NCBI GenBank assembly: GCA_030145325.1
Contig: JAQYVW010000009.1
Span: 473-64,472, forward strand
Direction: 5' to 3'
DNA length: 64,000 nt
DNA from: Desulfurivibrionaceae bacterium
GTDB lineage: Bacteria > Desulfobacterota > Desulfobulbia > Desulfobulbales > UBA5123
Positions 10,174 through 20,582 of this stretch are shown in pieces; positions within the stretch are counted from its first letter, which is position 1, and each line of letters begins with the position of its first letter. A program made the translations under genes and the position numbers. The notes beneath the pieces were generated by a model. The model was not told the DNA's origin and did not search any database. It saw only the letters and a list, made by a program, of their open reading frames with translations.

Positions 10174-13100
10174 ATGAAATCAACACAAGAAACAAAAGCC
10201 AACGATTCGCCGGTCATCCTTAAACCAACCCGACTCGCCACCTATATCATTCTTTTCTCCATCGGCTGGACCATGGTCGTCGCCGGATCGCTGCGCTGGA
10301 ACCAACTCCAGGTACAAGAGTCAATCCATGCCATCGCTCTCAATGTGTCCCGCGCCCATTTTGAAAAAGATTTTCTGTTCCGCAAATGGAATTCCATGCA
10401 CAACGGGGTATATGTCCCTCTCACGGAAAAAACTCCAGCAAATCCACATCTTAAACCAAATTCAAATCCCGAACGAGACATTACAACCCCTTCCGGCAAA
10501 AAATTAACCCTGATCAATCCAGCCTACATGATCAGACAGATCTATGAACTGGCCCAAGAAGATAATCGCGTGGCCGCCCACATCACCAGCCTCACCCCCA
10601 TCCGCAAAGAGAACAAGGCTGACCTCTGGGAAAGAAAGGCCCTTAAATCCTTTCAGACCGGAGAAAAAGAACAGAGCACCGTCGCCTTAATTAACGGCGA
10701 AAAATTTGTCCGCATGATGCGCCCCTTAATCACCGAAAAATCTTGCCTGAAATGCCATACCGATCAAGGGCTTAAAGTGGGTGATATTCGTGGTGGAATG
10801 AGCATTTCAATCCCCATGGCCCCCCTAGAGAATATCTCAAAAAGCCAATTACGGATGTTGCTGCTAACCCACTTCTTTTTTTGGATCATCGGCCTTTTAA
10901 CCATCAACCTCAGCTTTAAAACTATTAAAAACCGCTTCAGAGATCGTAAAATGGCAGCCGAGAAACTAGAGCGGCAGAAAGAACATTTCCGCCTTTTTTA
11001 TGAACGCGCCCCCATCAGTTACCAGGCCCTGGATGCCGATGGCCGTTTACTCAATGTCAATACCGCTTGGCTGGCCATGCTTGGTTATGACCGCAGCGAG
11101 GTAGAAGGACGTTTTTTCACAGATTTCATTGGCCCTGAACATAACAACAGTTTCAATCAACGTTACAGTCACCTCAAGAAAGAGGACTCAGGAACCTGCT
11201 ACGTCGAACTCAGCCTACGCAGCAAGGACGGAGGAGAAAGATTTGCCCTCCTTACCGGCACCATCATCAACGACGAAGAAGGTAACTTCAAACACACCCA
11301 GTGCACGCTTCAGGATGTCACCGATCGCACCAGAGCCGAACAAAATCTGGAGAAACTACGCCGCCAACAAGAACAAATCTTGAACTCTGCCGGTGAGGGC
11401 ATCTACGGTCTGGACTGCGACGGCATAACCACCTTTGTCAACCCGGCCGCCGCTCGTTTCCTTGGCTGGTCACAGGAAGAATTGATCGGCAAGCCTCACC
11501 ACACCATGGTCCACTATGCCAAGCCGGATGGCAGCCCTTATCCACTTGCCGAGTGCCCGATCCACGCCGCAATCAGGGATGGTCAACTTCACCACGGCAT
11601 CGGTGAATTTTTCTGGCGACGGGACGGATCTCAATTCCCAGCAGAATACACCAGTACCCCAATTATAGAGGATGGTTCCATAAAGGGGGCGGTGGTTGTT
11701 TTTAACGATATTTCGGCCAGCCATGAAGCGGAAATTGCTCTCCGAGAGCAACGCAACCTCTTTGAAACCATCCTCGCCTCAACCAGCGACCTTATCGCCC
11801 TCAAAAATCGCGATGCTGTTTATCTCGCCGTCAACGCCGCTTTCTGCAAAAATATCGGCAAAAACGAGGACGAAATTATCGGCAAGACCGACGTTGACCT
11901 TTTCAGCGCAGAAGCTGCCGCCGTCTACCAAAAAGAGGATGACGAAGTCATGTCCTCAGTGCAGCCCTGCTTCCACGACATGAAAATTACTAAAGAGGCT
12001 CAAGGGGAAAGCCAATGGCTGCACATAACCAAAACCCCGGTGGTTGATGATCAAGGCGACTGCATCGGCCTGCTCTGCTCCATCCATGATATCACCGACC
12101 GCAAACAGGCGGAGGAAATCCTTGAGAACAACGAGGCCAGGTTCAGGGGGTTGTTCAACAACATGAACAGCGGTGCTGCTGTCTTCAAGACCACTGATAA
12201 CGGCAAAAAATTTACAGTTGTGGATTTCAATCAGGCGGCAGAAAGAATCGAAAAACTAGAGAAAGAACAGGTGCTTGGCAAAGACATCACGGATATCTTC
12301 CCTAATATTCAAGAACTCGGGCTCACTAACATATTACAAACGGTTTGGCGAACCGGCCTTCCCGAACACAGCCCACCAACCTTCTATCAGGATGAACGGA
12401 TCAGCGGCTGGCGGGAACATCACATCTACAAACTGCCCTCCGGTGAACTAGTTGCCCTATTTGACGATGTTACCCTCCGCAAACAGGTTGAAGAGGAATT
12501 ACGCCAAGCCCAAAAAATGGAGGCCATCGGCACCCTGGCAGGCGGCATTGCCCACGATTTTAACAACATCCTCACTGCCATTATCGGCTACACCCAACTG
12601 ATGCTCTATGATGCCCCGTCCGAGAACAAAAACTATCCACTTTTAAAAGAGGTACTTAACGCCTCAAAACGGGCCACCAACCTGGTCAACCAGATTCTCA
12701 CCTTCAGTCGCCAGACCGAGAAGGAACGAAAGCCCATCGAGATCCAACCGGTGATCAAGGAAGCGCTCAAGCTGCTCCGTGGCACCCTGCCCACCACCAT
12801 TGAGATCATTCAGGAAATAGGTGCCAACTGCCGGATGGTAATGGCCGATCCGGTACAGGTTCACCAGATTTTCATGAATCTCTGTACCAATGCTTACCAC
12901 GCGATGCGAAAAGACGGCGGCACCCTTACCATACGCATGGACGAAACCACAATCGCCCCTGGCTTTACCGACGTCCAGGACCATGAACTAACCCCTGGCT
13001 CCTACCTCCGTCTGGCCATCCATGATTCCGGCACAGGCATGGACGAAGAAACCAAGGCCAAGATCTTTGCTCCCTACTTCACCACCAAGGGGAAGAGCGA

Positions 13101-13644
13101 AGGAACCGGCCTTGGCCTCTCCACCGTTCTCGGCCTGGCTCGAAGCTATAACGGCGGTGTCACCGTGAAAAGCACTCCCGACCAAGGCAGCGTTTTTACA
13201 GTTTACCTCCCCATCATCGCTCAAGAAGAAAGCAGAGACGCTGACGAAGAGAGCGGGGCAACACAACATATTTCCGCGCGCATCCTCTTTGTTGATGATG
13301 AGGAAACCATCGTCCGCCTTGGCAAAATAACCTTGGAGCGCCTGGGCTGCGAGGTGACTGCCCTCAGCAGCGGCGTTGACGCTCTGGCCCTGTTTAAACA
13401 AAACCCACAACGGTTTGACATGGTTATCACCGACCAGACCATGCCGGGCCTCACCGGCGCAGCACTGTCGCGACATATCCTTGCCATCCGACCAGAACTA
13501 CCGATTATTATGGCCACCGGCTACAGTGAAACAATCAACGCAGAACAGGCTGAAGAAATCGGCATCAGGGAACTGCTCATGAAGCCGCTGGATCTGCATG
13601 ATTTTGAACGAGTCATCATTCGCAATCTGCCCCCCAAAGTTTGA
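10174..13644 (+). CDS. Hybrid sensor histidine kinase: DUF3365-like CXXCH sensor, multiple PAS, HisKA-HATPase, C-terminal receiver
   Basis: The extracytoplasmic region after the N-terminal TM segment contains CLKCH (nt 10744-10758) within the KFVRMMRPL...CLKCH...GD.RGG context typical of DUF3365. Several PAS-like segments follow. The H-box is AHDFNNIL, the G-boxes are GTGLGLS, and the receiver contains VDDEE...DQTMPGLTG. Confidence 0.85.
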   Translation: MKSTQETKANDSPVILKPTRLATYIILFSIGWTMVVAGSLRWNQLQVQESIHAIALNVSRAHFEKDFLFRKWNSMHNGVYVPLTEKTPANPHLKPNSNPERDITTPSGKKLTLINPAYMIRQIYELAQEDNRVAAHITSLTPIRKENKADLWERKALKSFQTGEKEQSTVALINGEKFVRMMRPLITEKSCLKCHTDQGLKVGDIRGGMSISIPMAPLENISKSQLRMLLLTHFFFWIIGLLTINLSFKTIKNRFRDRKMAAEKLERQKEHFRLFYERAPISYQALDADGRLLNVNTAWLAMLGYDRSEVEGRFFTDFIGPEHNNSFNQRYSHLKKEDSGTCYVELSLRSKDGGERFALLTGTIINDEEGNFKHTQCTLQDVTDRTRAEQNLEKLRRQQEQILNSAGEGIYGLDCDGITTFVNPAAARFLGWSQEELIGKPHHTMVHYAKPDGSPYPLAECPIHAAIRDGQLHHGIGEFFWRRDGSQFPAEYTSTPIIEDGSIKGAVVVFNDISASHEAEIALREQRNLFETILASTSDLIALKNRDAVYLAVNAAFCKNIGKNEDEIIGKTDVDLFSAEAAAVYQKEDDEVMSSVQPCFHDMKITKEAQGESQWLHITKTPVVDDQGDCIGLLCSIHDITDRKQAEEILENNEARFRGLFNNMNSGAAVFKTTDNGKKFTVVDFNQAAERIEKLEKEQVLGKDITDIFPNIQELGLTNILQTVWRTGLPEHSPPTFYQDERISGWREHHIYKLPSGELVALFDDVTLRKQVEEELRQAQKMEAIGTLAGGIAHDFNNILTAIIGYTQLMLYDAPSENKNYPLLKEVLNASKRATNLVNQILTFSRQTEKERKPIEIQPVIKEALKLLRGTLPTTIEIIQEIGANCRMVMADPVQVHQIFMNLCTNAYHAMRKDGGTLTIRMDETTIAPGFTDVQDHELTPGSYLRLAIHDSGTGMDEETKAKIFAPYFTTKGKSEGTGLGLSTVLGLARSYNGGVTVKSTPDQGSVFTVYLPIIAQEESRDADEESGATQHISARILFVDDEETIVRLGKITLERLGCEVTALSSGVDALALFKQNPQRFDMVITDQTMPGLTGAALSRHILAIRPELPIIMATGYSETINAEQAEEIGIRELLMKPLDLHDFERVIIRNLPPKV

Positions 13645-13881
13645 TTGCCGAACTCGCAAAAATCAGTGGTACCACTTAAGATGATTAAGGGTAAAATTCG
13701 GCCAACAAGTGAGTGCCCCGGTGGGAAGATTAGAAGGCGTGGTGACATCGCGAGAGCGGAGGCACATAGATGGAGGCAATATCCAGCCTTTCATATACCT
13801 GCCAGGGCGCATTCCATGGGACTTGTTGCAGTCTTCGTTTAACCGCGAGGCCTTCTCCACTGGCAAACAGGAGATTTCATC

Positions 13882-15231
13882 ATGACAAACGAACATCTCT
13901 TCCGCAACTCGCCCCTTACCAGGCGTTGTTTTATCAAGCTCACCACCCTTTCCGTTGCAGGCCTCGCCGCCGGTTGCGCCGTCAACCCGGTGACCGGACG
14001 GCAACAACTAATGCTGATTTCACCAGAACAAGAAATCAGTATCGACAAGAAAAACTCCCCCCAGCAATTCTCAGTTGACTACGGCACCATTCAAGATCCG
14101 CTCCTAAACAACTACATCAGTACTGTTGGCATGAAACTCGCCGCCCGTACCCATCGCCCAGAGATGCCCTACTCATTCCGGGGGGTCAACGCCGCCTACA
14201 TCAATGCCTATGCTTTCCCCGGCGGCAGCATCGCCGTAACTCGCGGGATACTTCTAGCCATGGAAAACGAAGCGCAACTGGCCGCCCTGCTGGGTCATGA
14301 GCTAGCCCATGTCAATGCCCGCCACACCGCCAACCAGATGAGCAAAAGCATCCTTGGCAACGTTTTCATCGCCGGAGCCGTTGCCTACGCCAACCAAAGC
14401 CGATATGGTGAACTAACAGAACAAATAGGCATGTTGGGCGCAGGTCTCCTACTCGCCTCCTACAGTCGCGACAACGAACGGGAAGCAGACGCCATCGGCA
14501 TGGAATACATGGTCAGCGCTGGTTACAACCCCCAAGGGATGATCGGTTTGATGGCCATCCTGCAAAAAATTTCGCACCGTAAACCAGGGGCTCTTGAACT
14601 GATGTTCTCCACCCATCCCATGAGCGACGAACGATATCAAAACGCCCTGGACAATGCTCTCACTTACTCCCGTTCATCCCGTGCCCTTAAGCTGGACAAA
14701 GAACGTTACCTGGATAAAACCGCTAAGCTACGCAAGATAAAAGACGCCATCAGAGACATCCAAAACGGCGACGAAGCAATGAGTAAAAATGAATATGAAA
14801 CCGCCCAGAAATTGTTCACCCAGGCCTTAAAGAAAGCGCCCAACGATTATGCGGCTCTGGTGATGATGGCCAAATGTCAGCTGGCTAAAAAGAACTATTC
14901 GGAAGCGAGCCGCTACGCTGAACTGGCTCGCAAGGCGTATCCGCAAGAAGCCCAATCGTACCACCTGCAAGGAATCACCAAGATTATGCAAAAAAAATAC
15001 GGTGCCGCCTTGCAGTCATTTACCACCTGCGAACAACTACTACCTGGCAATCCCAACCTTTCCTTCTTTAAAGGGATATCCCTTGAGGGTCTGCAACGGC
15101 GAAGGGATGCAGCAATGGAATATCGTCGTTACCTGCAAAGCAGCGGCGGACAAGGAAACCAGGCAGGGCATGCCTACCAGCGCCTGGTTGACTGGGGCTA
15201 TATCAACCCCAAACCTCAACCAAAACGGTAA
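13882..15231 (+). CDS. M48-family Zn metalloprotease with C-terminal TPR repeats (BepA-like)
   Basis: It carries the HELAHV zinc motif, an N-terminal signal/lipobox-like sequence (LAAGCAV) and TPR-like helical repeats in the C-terminal third. Confidence 0.8.
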   Translation: MTNEHLFRNSPLTRRCFIKLTTLSVAGLAAGCAVNPVTGRQQLMLISPEQEISIDKKNSPQQFSVDYGTIQDPLLNNYISTVGMKLAARTHRPEMPYSFRGVNAAYINAYAFPGGSIAVTRGILLAMENEAQLAALLGHELAHVNARHTANQMSKSILGNVFIAGAVAYANQSRYGELTEQIGMLGAGLLLASYSRDNEREADAIGMEYMVSAGYNPQGMIGLMAILQKISHRKPGALELMFSTHPMSDERYQNALDNALTYSRSSRALKLDKERYLDKTAKLRKIKDAIRDIQNGDEAMSKNEYETAQKLFTQALKKAPNDYAALVMMAKCQLAKKNYSEASRYAELARKAYPQEAQSYHLQGITKIMQKKYGAALQSFTTCEQLLPGNPNLSFFKGISLEGLQRRRDAAMEYRRYLQSSGGQGNQAGHAYQRLVDWGYINPKPQPKR

Positions 15232-15252
15232 TCCCAACAGGACCTCACCACC

Positions 15253-16080
15253 ATGAATGAATTCCACCAGCCCAGCACTATCTTGCCGGCAGGGCAAGCC
15301 AACGGGATGATCGACAAATTACAAATCGCCCAAAATTGGCTGCCGCGTTATACCGGGATGCCCATTGACAAATTCGGCGATTACATCCTTCTCACCAACT
15401 TCCAACACTATATCACCCGCTTTGCCGAAATGTTCGGTTGCAACCTTTACGGCGAAGATCGCCCCATGCAGGCAGCCACCAACCATGAAGGCCTGTCCAT
15501 GGTCAACTTCGGCATCGGCTCACCCAATGCCGCCACCATCATGGATCTGCTCAGTGCCAGGCAACCGGAAGGAGTCCTCTTTCTCGGCAAATGCGGCGGG
15601 CTCAAAACCTCCTCGGAAATAGGCCATCTGATCCTGCCCACCGCCGCCATCCGCGGCGAGGGAACCAGCGATGACTACTATCCGTCGGCGGTGCCGGCTC
15701 TACCTTCATTTAAACTCCATAAGTATGTGTCGGAAAAAATCATTGACCACGATTGCGATTACCGCACCGGTGTTGTTTACACCACCAACCGGCGAGTGTG
15801 GGAACATGACATCCGTTTTCGAGAACGATTGCAAATGATGACCTGCCTGGCCATCGACATGGAAACCGCCACCCTCTTCGTGGTCGGCCACTACAACCAA
15901 ATCCCCCGCGGTGCCCTCTTACTGGTTTCAGACGTCCCACTAACCCCGGAGGGGGTCAAGACTGAAGAATCTGACGAACTGGTCACCCAACAGTGGACGG
16001 AAAAACACCTCCAGATCGGTATCGACGCCATGAGCGGAATGGCCGAAGGATGCGAACAGATCCGCCACTTCAAATACTAA
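15253..16080 (+). CDS. AMP nucleosidase-like (PNP/UDP phosphorylase fold), short form
   Basis: It aligns by eye with the catalytic domain of E. coli Amn (YILLTNF..Y, VNFGIGSPNAAT, GKCGGL, AIDMETAT, LLLVSDVPL, EKHLQIGI). The long N-terminal regulatory domain is missing. Confidence 0.7.
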   Translation: MNEFHQPSTILPAGQANGMIDKLQIAQNWLPRYTGMPIDKFGDYILLTNFQHYITRFAEMFGCNLYGEDRPMQAATNHEGLSMVNFGIGSPNAATIMDLLSARQPEGVLFLGKCGGLKTSSEIGHLILPTAAIRGEGTSDDYYPSAVPALPSFKLHKYVSEKIIDHDCDYRTGVVYTTNRRVWEHDIRFRERLQMMTCLAIDMETATLFVVGHYNQIPRGALLLVSDVPLTPEGVKTEESDELVTQQWTEKHLQIGIDAMSGMAEGCEQIRHFKY

Positions 16081-16093
16081 AAAGAGGAAGCCC

Positions 16094-17800
16094 ATGAACC
16101 TGCCCACCATTAACCGTGCCCTCGCCCCTTGGGCTGTTATCCTCTTGTTGAGCGGATTCTTTTGTCTGGCAACCAGCGATGCATATGCCTCCACAACAAT
16201 CTCCCCTGCGGAGGCAACCGAGAAGGGATATGACTTGCTACAACTCTACCAAAAGGTTCTGGCCAATGATCCCGACGGTTCCATTCAACAACGCCGAAAA
16301 CTTGGTTCCCTGAGCTTGTTGGAAGCCGTGGAAACGTCCCTGACAAAATCACTAAATCTCTTCATCCAAAAAGAGACGGTTAACATTGCTGAAGGTCAAT
16401 ACCAGAGTCAGAGTGGCGCCTTTGGGTTCATGCTTTCCGGCGGAATCAACTACGGATTAAATGCCACCAAACTTGACTCGGTAGCCAGAACCAACATCCC
16501 TTATAAAGCGCTGGACGCCAACCAGACAACCACCACTCTGGCCCTGTCCAGGCAATTGCGGCTAGGTCCCTCCCTATCACTCTCTTCACAGCTATTACGT
16601 GCCCATTACACCGAAGACATGATGGCAACCTATGCCGGATCACCAAACCCGAAAACCACCGCTATTGTTAGGCTTGAAGCCAAAATCCCTCTGCTTAACG
16701 GGGCAGGCCACCTTGCCGCTGCTGCCGAAACCGCAGCCAGGCTTAATTATGAGGCAGGACAATATAGTTATCTACAAGCCATGTCGCAAAACACCCTTAC
16801 CGTGGTTCAAAAATACTGGGATTACAGAACCTCTTTTTTGGCATATGATGTCAACGTGTCCATACAAGGGTTGCTCAAGCAATGGCTAAAACACGAGCAG
16901 GACAAAACCGATCATTCCTCCAGCCATATCACCAATCCCAAACAGCAGTCTATTGTTCTCAGCACCTTGCGTGCTAAGCTGGCTGACGCCTCCAGAGAGA
17001 CCTCCAGAACCCGGCAAAACATCACCACCACCCGTCAGGCCCTTGCCATGGCCATAGGAATCGAACCAGCTAATTTCGGCAAACTGGCTATCCCATCAAA
17101 CAATTTCAACGTAGAGAGTATTTCCTTTAACCAAGACAAGGCATCCTATCTGCACCTTCTCACCCAAACGGCCATGGATAAACGTCCCGATCTTAAATCT
17201 CTTTCTCTTAAAGTAAAAGCGGCCGACGTAATGGTTAAAAGAGCGCAAAACAATCTCAAACCTCACTTGGACCTTATCGGCAACATCGGCTATATGGGCC
17301 TGAACGAAGACTCAGGAGTCGACAATTATCTTTCTGCTGCCACTGACAGGAAAAACGGGGAATCTTGGGCGGTAGGCGCCTCCTTTTCCTACCCCTTGGG
17401 AAATCAGAGCGCCAAAGGAGCCTTGCTAAGCCAGAACTCAACCCGAAGGATCAGTGCAATCCAAGAAAAGAACCTGACTCGGCAAATTAAGTCCCAACTC
17501 ACCGTTGACATCTCCTCACTGAAGCATTGGATCTCAAGCCTCAAACAAACCAACACCTCCGTTGAACAGTATTGGCAAGCCTTAAACATCGTCAGGGAGA
17601 GCCCGATCAAGAACAACTCGGACCTTGTGAACCTCTTGGATCTACAAGATAAACTTAGAGACGCCATCATTAGCCGTTCCGACACCATCAATGGTTTTGC
17701 CAAAGCCATTGCTTTGATCCGTTTCGACTCGGGAACACTTGTAGGGCTGGAAGGAACAAAACCGATCATCGATCTTAAAAGTCTGACCACCCTGCCGTAA
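16094..17800 (+). CDS. TolC-family outer membrane efflux protein
   Basis: It has a signal peptide and two OEP-type repeats with the coiled-coil-rich composition typical of TolC-like proteins. No adjacent pump genes are present. Confidence 0.65.
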   Translation: MNLPTINRALAPWAVILLLSGFFCLATSDAYASTTISPAEATEKGYDLLQLYQKVLANDPDGSIQQRRKLGSLSLLEAVETSLTKSLNLFIQKETVNIAEGQYQSQSGAFGFMLSGGINYGLNATKLDSVARTNIPYKALDANQTTTTLALSRQLRLGPSLSLSSQLLRAHYTEDMMATYAGSPNPKTTAIVRLEAKIPLLNGAGHLAAAAETAARLNYEAGQYSYLQAMSQNTLTVVQKYWDYRTSFLAYDVNVSIQGLLKQWLKHEQDKTDHSSSHITNPKQQSIVLSTLRAKLADASRETSRTRQNITTTRQALAMAIGIEPANFGKLAIPSNNFNVESISFNQDKASYLHLLTQTAMDKRPDLKSLSLKVKAADVMVKRAQNNLKPHLDLIGNIGYMGLNEDSGVDNYLSAATDRKNGESWAVGASFSYPLGNQSAKGALLSQNSTRRISAIQEKNLTRQIKSQLTVDISSLKHWISSLKQTNTSVEQYWQALNIVRESPIKNNSDLVNLLDLQDKLRDAIISRSDTINGFAKAIALIRFDSGTLVGLEGTKPIIDLKSLTTLP

Positions 17801-17810
17801 GTAAGCTTGT

Positions 17811-18467
17811 ATGATTAAAGTTTTTATCACCTCTTTCGCAACAAAGCTGCCAGATCCCATCATGGCGGGGTATTTAGTTTCCTTACCGGCAACCATGCAA
17901 AGATCCATCCTCTCTTATAAACGATGGCAAGATAGACAAAGGGCCCTCCTCGCCAAGCTTCTGCTCAGGTTTGGGCTGCAATCCTTTGGCTTTCCAGGCG
18001 AATCTCTCAGCTCAATCCAGCTTGATACCTTTGGCCGCCCCTTTATCTGTCGAGAAGTTGATTTCAATATTTCCCACTCGGGAAACTTCGTTATCTGCGC
18101 CATGGCCCAAGGTCAACGCGTAGGCATCGACATTGAGGCCATTCAGAATATCAATCTCACCGATTTTGATTCAGCCTTTTCTGCTGAGCAATGGGATGCA
18201 ATCACCCACGCCCCCGCCCCACACACCGCCTTTTTCAACAGCTGGACAAAAAAAGAGAGTGCCAGCAAAGCCGATGGTCGCGGCCTCTCCATCCCCCTGG
18301 CCCAGATTGACCTCCACAAAAACAGTGCCAAGATAGATACCTCCAACTGGCATCTTGTCCCCCTTCACATCCATCCGGCCTACAGTTGCCACCTGGCAAC
18401 CGATGGCTCAAGCGACTTCAAACTTACAGAAATAGATTGTCTCTCCGACTTAATGGTCAGAGGATAA
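17811..18467 (+). CDS. 4'-phosphopantetheinyl transferase (Sfp type)
   Basis: It carries the FNISHSG, GIDIE and W(T)KKES.SKA motifs. Confidence 0.8.
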   Translation: MIKVFITSFATKLPDPIMAGYLVSLPATMQRSILSYKRWQDRQRALLAKLLLRFGLQSFGFPGESLSSIQLDTFGRPFICREVDFNISHSGNFVICAMAQGQRVGIDIEAIQNINLTDFDSAFSAEQWDAITHAPAPHTAFFNSWTKKESASKADGRGLSIPLAQIDLHKNSAKIDTSNWHLVPLHIHPAYSCHLATDGSSDFKLTEIDCLSDLMVRG

Positions 18468-18564
18468 AAACGATGGGGGGATTTCCAACAGGAGTAGACA
18501 ACATGCGCAGCTAAACATAAAACGGCAAAAATCATACTAAATGAAGATCACTTTACCCTGACCT

Positions 18565-19539
18565 CTAAAACGAAGAAGGATCATGCTGATAAACACTGGT
18601 TGCAGAAATACGTGGCGATACTTTCTCAGCCTGCCAGTTACAGATCGCCCATTGCCAGAACTCTTCAACGCTCCCCTTGCTCAATTCTAACGGTGGCGAT
18701 TGACCAAGAAAATCCAGGGCCTGCCAAAGAGCCGGCAGTGGCTTACTAAGCGATAAGGGAGGTGCATGGGTCTGCTTGGAAAGCTTTGCCCCATCTTCGT
18801 TAACCGCCACGGGCAGATGCAGATAACGGGGTGTCAAAACCCCCAAAGCCTGTTGGAGATAAATCTGCCGAGGCGTTGAGTCAAGAAGGTCGCTGCCTCG
18901 CACCACCTCGGTAATCCCTTGGGCGGCGTCATCAACCACCACCGCCAACTGGTAAGCAACCAAGCCATCAGCCCGAAAAACAACGAAATCGCCCACCTCA
19001 TTCCCAAGATTTTGTCGTTGCTCACCCTGTAACCGATCTACGAAAGAAATATCCTCTGCCGCGACCATAATCCGCACCGCCTGTCTCCCTTGATGCTCAG
19101 AAATTCTCTTCCCGCGACAGGTTCCGGCATAGACGCCTGTCGGCAAACTCAATGCCGCCTGACACTCCACCTGCCGTTTGCGAGAACATGTGCAGGGATA
19201 GGCAAGACCTCTTTTACAAAGATCATCCAGCGCCGCTCGGTAAGCCTCGCGGCGACGACTCTGCCACACCACCTCCCCATGCCATACAAAACCATAAGCC
19301 TCCAGGGTACGAAGGATCAAATCAGCAGCGCCGCCAACCTCCCGGGGAGGGTCAATATCCTCCATCCGCACCAACCAGCGACCATGACAACTCTTCGCTT
19401 GCAGGTAGCTACCCATGGCCGCCACCAGAGACCCGAAATGCAATGGCCCGGTGGGAGAAGGAGCAAAACGCCCCACGTAGAGTCCCTCTCTTTTTGCACC
19501 GTCCCAACGCCCTGCCCCAGCCATCTCCACCCCATCCAT
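18565..19539 (-). CDS. gluQ: Glutamyl-Q tRNA(Asp) synthetase
   Basis: It has a class I synthetase core (GRFAPSPTGPLHFGSL; KLSKQ) with the truncated GluRS-like length and no anticodon-binding domain. The start may be the second Met. Confidence 0.85.
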   Translation of the reverse strand: MDGVEMAGAGRWDGAKREGLYVGRFAPSPTGPLHFGSLVAAMGSYLQAKSCHGRWLVRMEDIDPPREVGGAADLILRTLEAYGFVWHGEVVWQSRRREAYRAALDDLCKRGLAYPCTCSRKRQVECQAALSLPTGVYAGTCRGKRISEHQGRQAVRIMVAAEDISFVDRLQGEQRQNLGNEVGDFVVFRADGLVAYQLAVVVDDAAQGITEVVRGSDLLDSTPRQIYLQQALGVLTPRYLHLPVAVNEDGAKLSKQTHAPPLSLSKPLPALWQALDFLGQSPPLELSKGSVEEFWQWAICNWQAEKVSPRISATSVYQHDPSSF

Positions 19540-19873
19540 AAATTATCGTAATAACTATTAGAAAAAGAACCACAACACCCGCTTTCAAGAGAAAAAAACA
19601 TCTTACCCACAAATGATACTCTTTTACATTTCACTTTCCCTTTGCAATATTGCTAATAATCAATAATAAACTAATAATAATCTCGAAATACGGCATCTAC
19701 ACCTGCTAGCAACTTATCAAGTTCCAATATACTGTTGCACACGGAGACAACTCACACCTATAACATGAATAACCACCCACATCCAAAAGACATAGATTGA
19801 ATAGGGAACAGATACTTAATGAACAGCCAATATTATCCTTTAATATAATAGCTACCCCACCCAAAGAGCCGCC

Positions 19874-20539
19874 ATGACAGAAGCCAACGAAACCACCCAA
19901 CCTACGACAAGTCCTAAAAGCAGTCAGGAAGGAAAATACCTCACCTTCTCCCTGGCTGGCGAGGAGTACGGCATCCCGGTACTCAAGGTAAAAGAGATCC
20001 TCGGCATGATGCCGATCAACACCATCCCCCATACCCCCGAAGCCGTCAGGGGCATAATCAACCTTCGGGACAAAGTAATCCCCATCTTGGACCTGCGGGC
20101 TCGTTTTCAAATGGACGCAACCGCAGAAACCAGCACCACCTGCATCATCGTGGTGGAAGGGCAACGGGCAGATCTTGAACCTTGCTGGGAGGTCAAACAA
20201 TGCGGCAAACCGGACTGCCCTGCCCACGGGAGCACCGACCATCGTTGCTGGATGGTTTCGGGAACATTCTGCCGCGATGAAATCCAAGGTGCCTTTCATG
20301 AAAAAATCAAGTCGTGCCGGAAGTGTAATTTTTACCAATCAATGCACGAAGAGAAGGCGATGTTCGTGATGGGGATCATCGTGGATGCGGTGCAAGAGGT
20401 TTCAATCTTCAAAGATGAGGAGATTGAAGATGCCCCACCCATGAGCGGTAATATCCAGCTCAACTACATTCGCGGCATTGCCAAAAAAGAAGGCTCGGTA
20501 AAAATCCTCCTGGATGTGGATAAGGTTCTGATCGGCTAA
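19874..20539 (+). CDS. CheW-like coupling protein interrupted by a Cys-rich (two-CW-like) insertion
   Basis: The CheW core aligns with the two canonical CheWs in this window (KYLTF.LAGE.YG, G.INLR.KVIP..D.R.RF, TCI.VV ... G..VD.V.EV). About 66 aa (R98-M163) with 7 Cys and two CW dipeptides are inserted between the two halves. Confidence 0.85.
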   Translation: MTEANETTQPTTSPKSSQEGKYLTFSLAGEEYGIPVLKVKEILGMMPINTIPHTPEAVRGIINLRDKVIPILDLRARFQMDATAETSTTCIIVVEGQRADLEPCWEVKQCGKPDCPAHGSTDHRCWMVSGTFCRDEIQGAFHEKIKSCRKCNFYQSMHEEKAMFVMGIIVDAVQEVSIFKDEEIEDAPPMSGNIQLNYIRGIAKKEGSVKILLDVDKVLIG

Positions 20540-20582
20540 AGAGCAGCACATTGCCCGAACTGACTACCCATCACCCTCCTTT

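Noticed and set aside
19706-20338. 210-aa minus-strand ORF overlapping the Cys-rich CheW gene
   Set aside because: The + strand frame gives a clean CheW alignment on both sides of the insert. The minus frame has no motifs and starts in the AT-rich promoter region.
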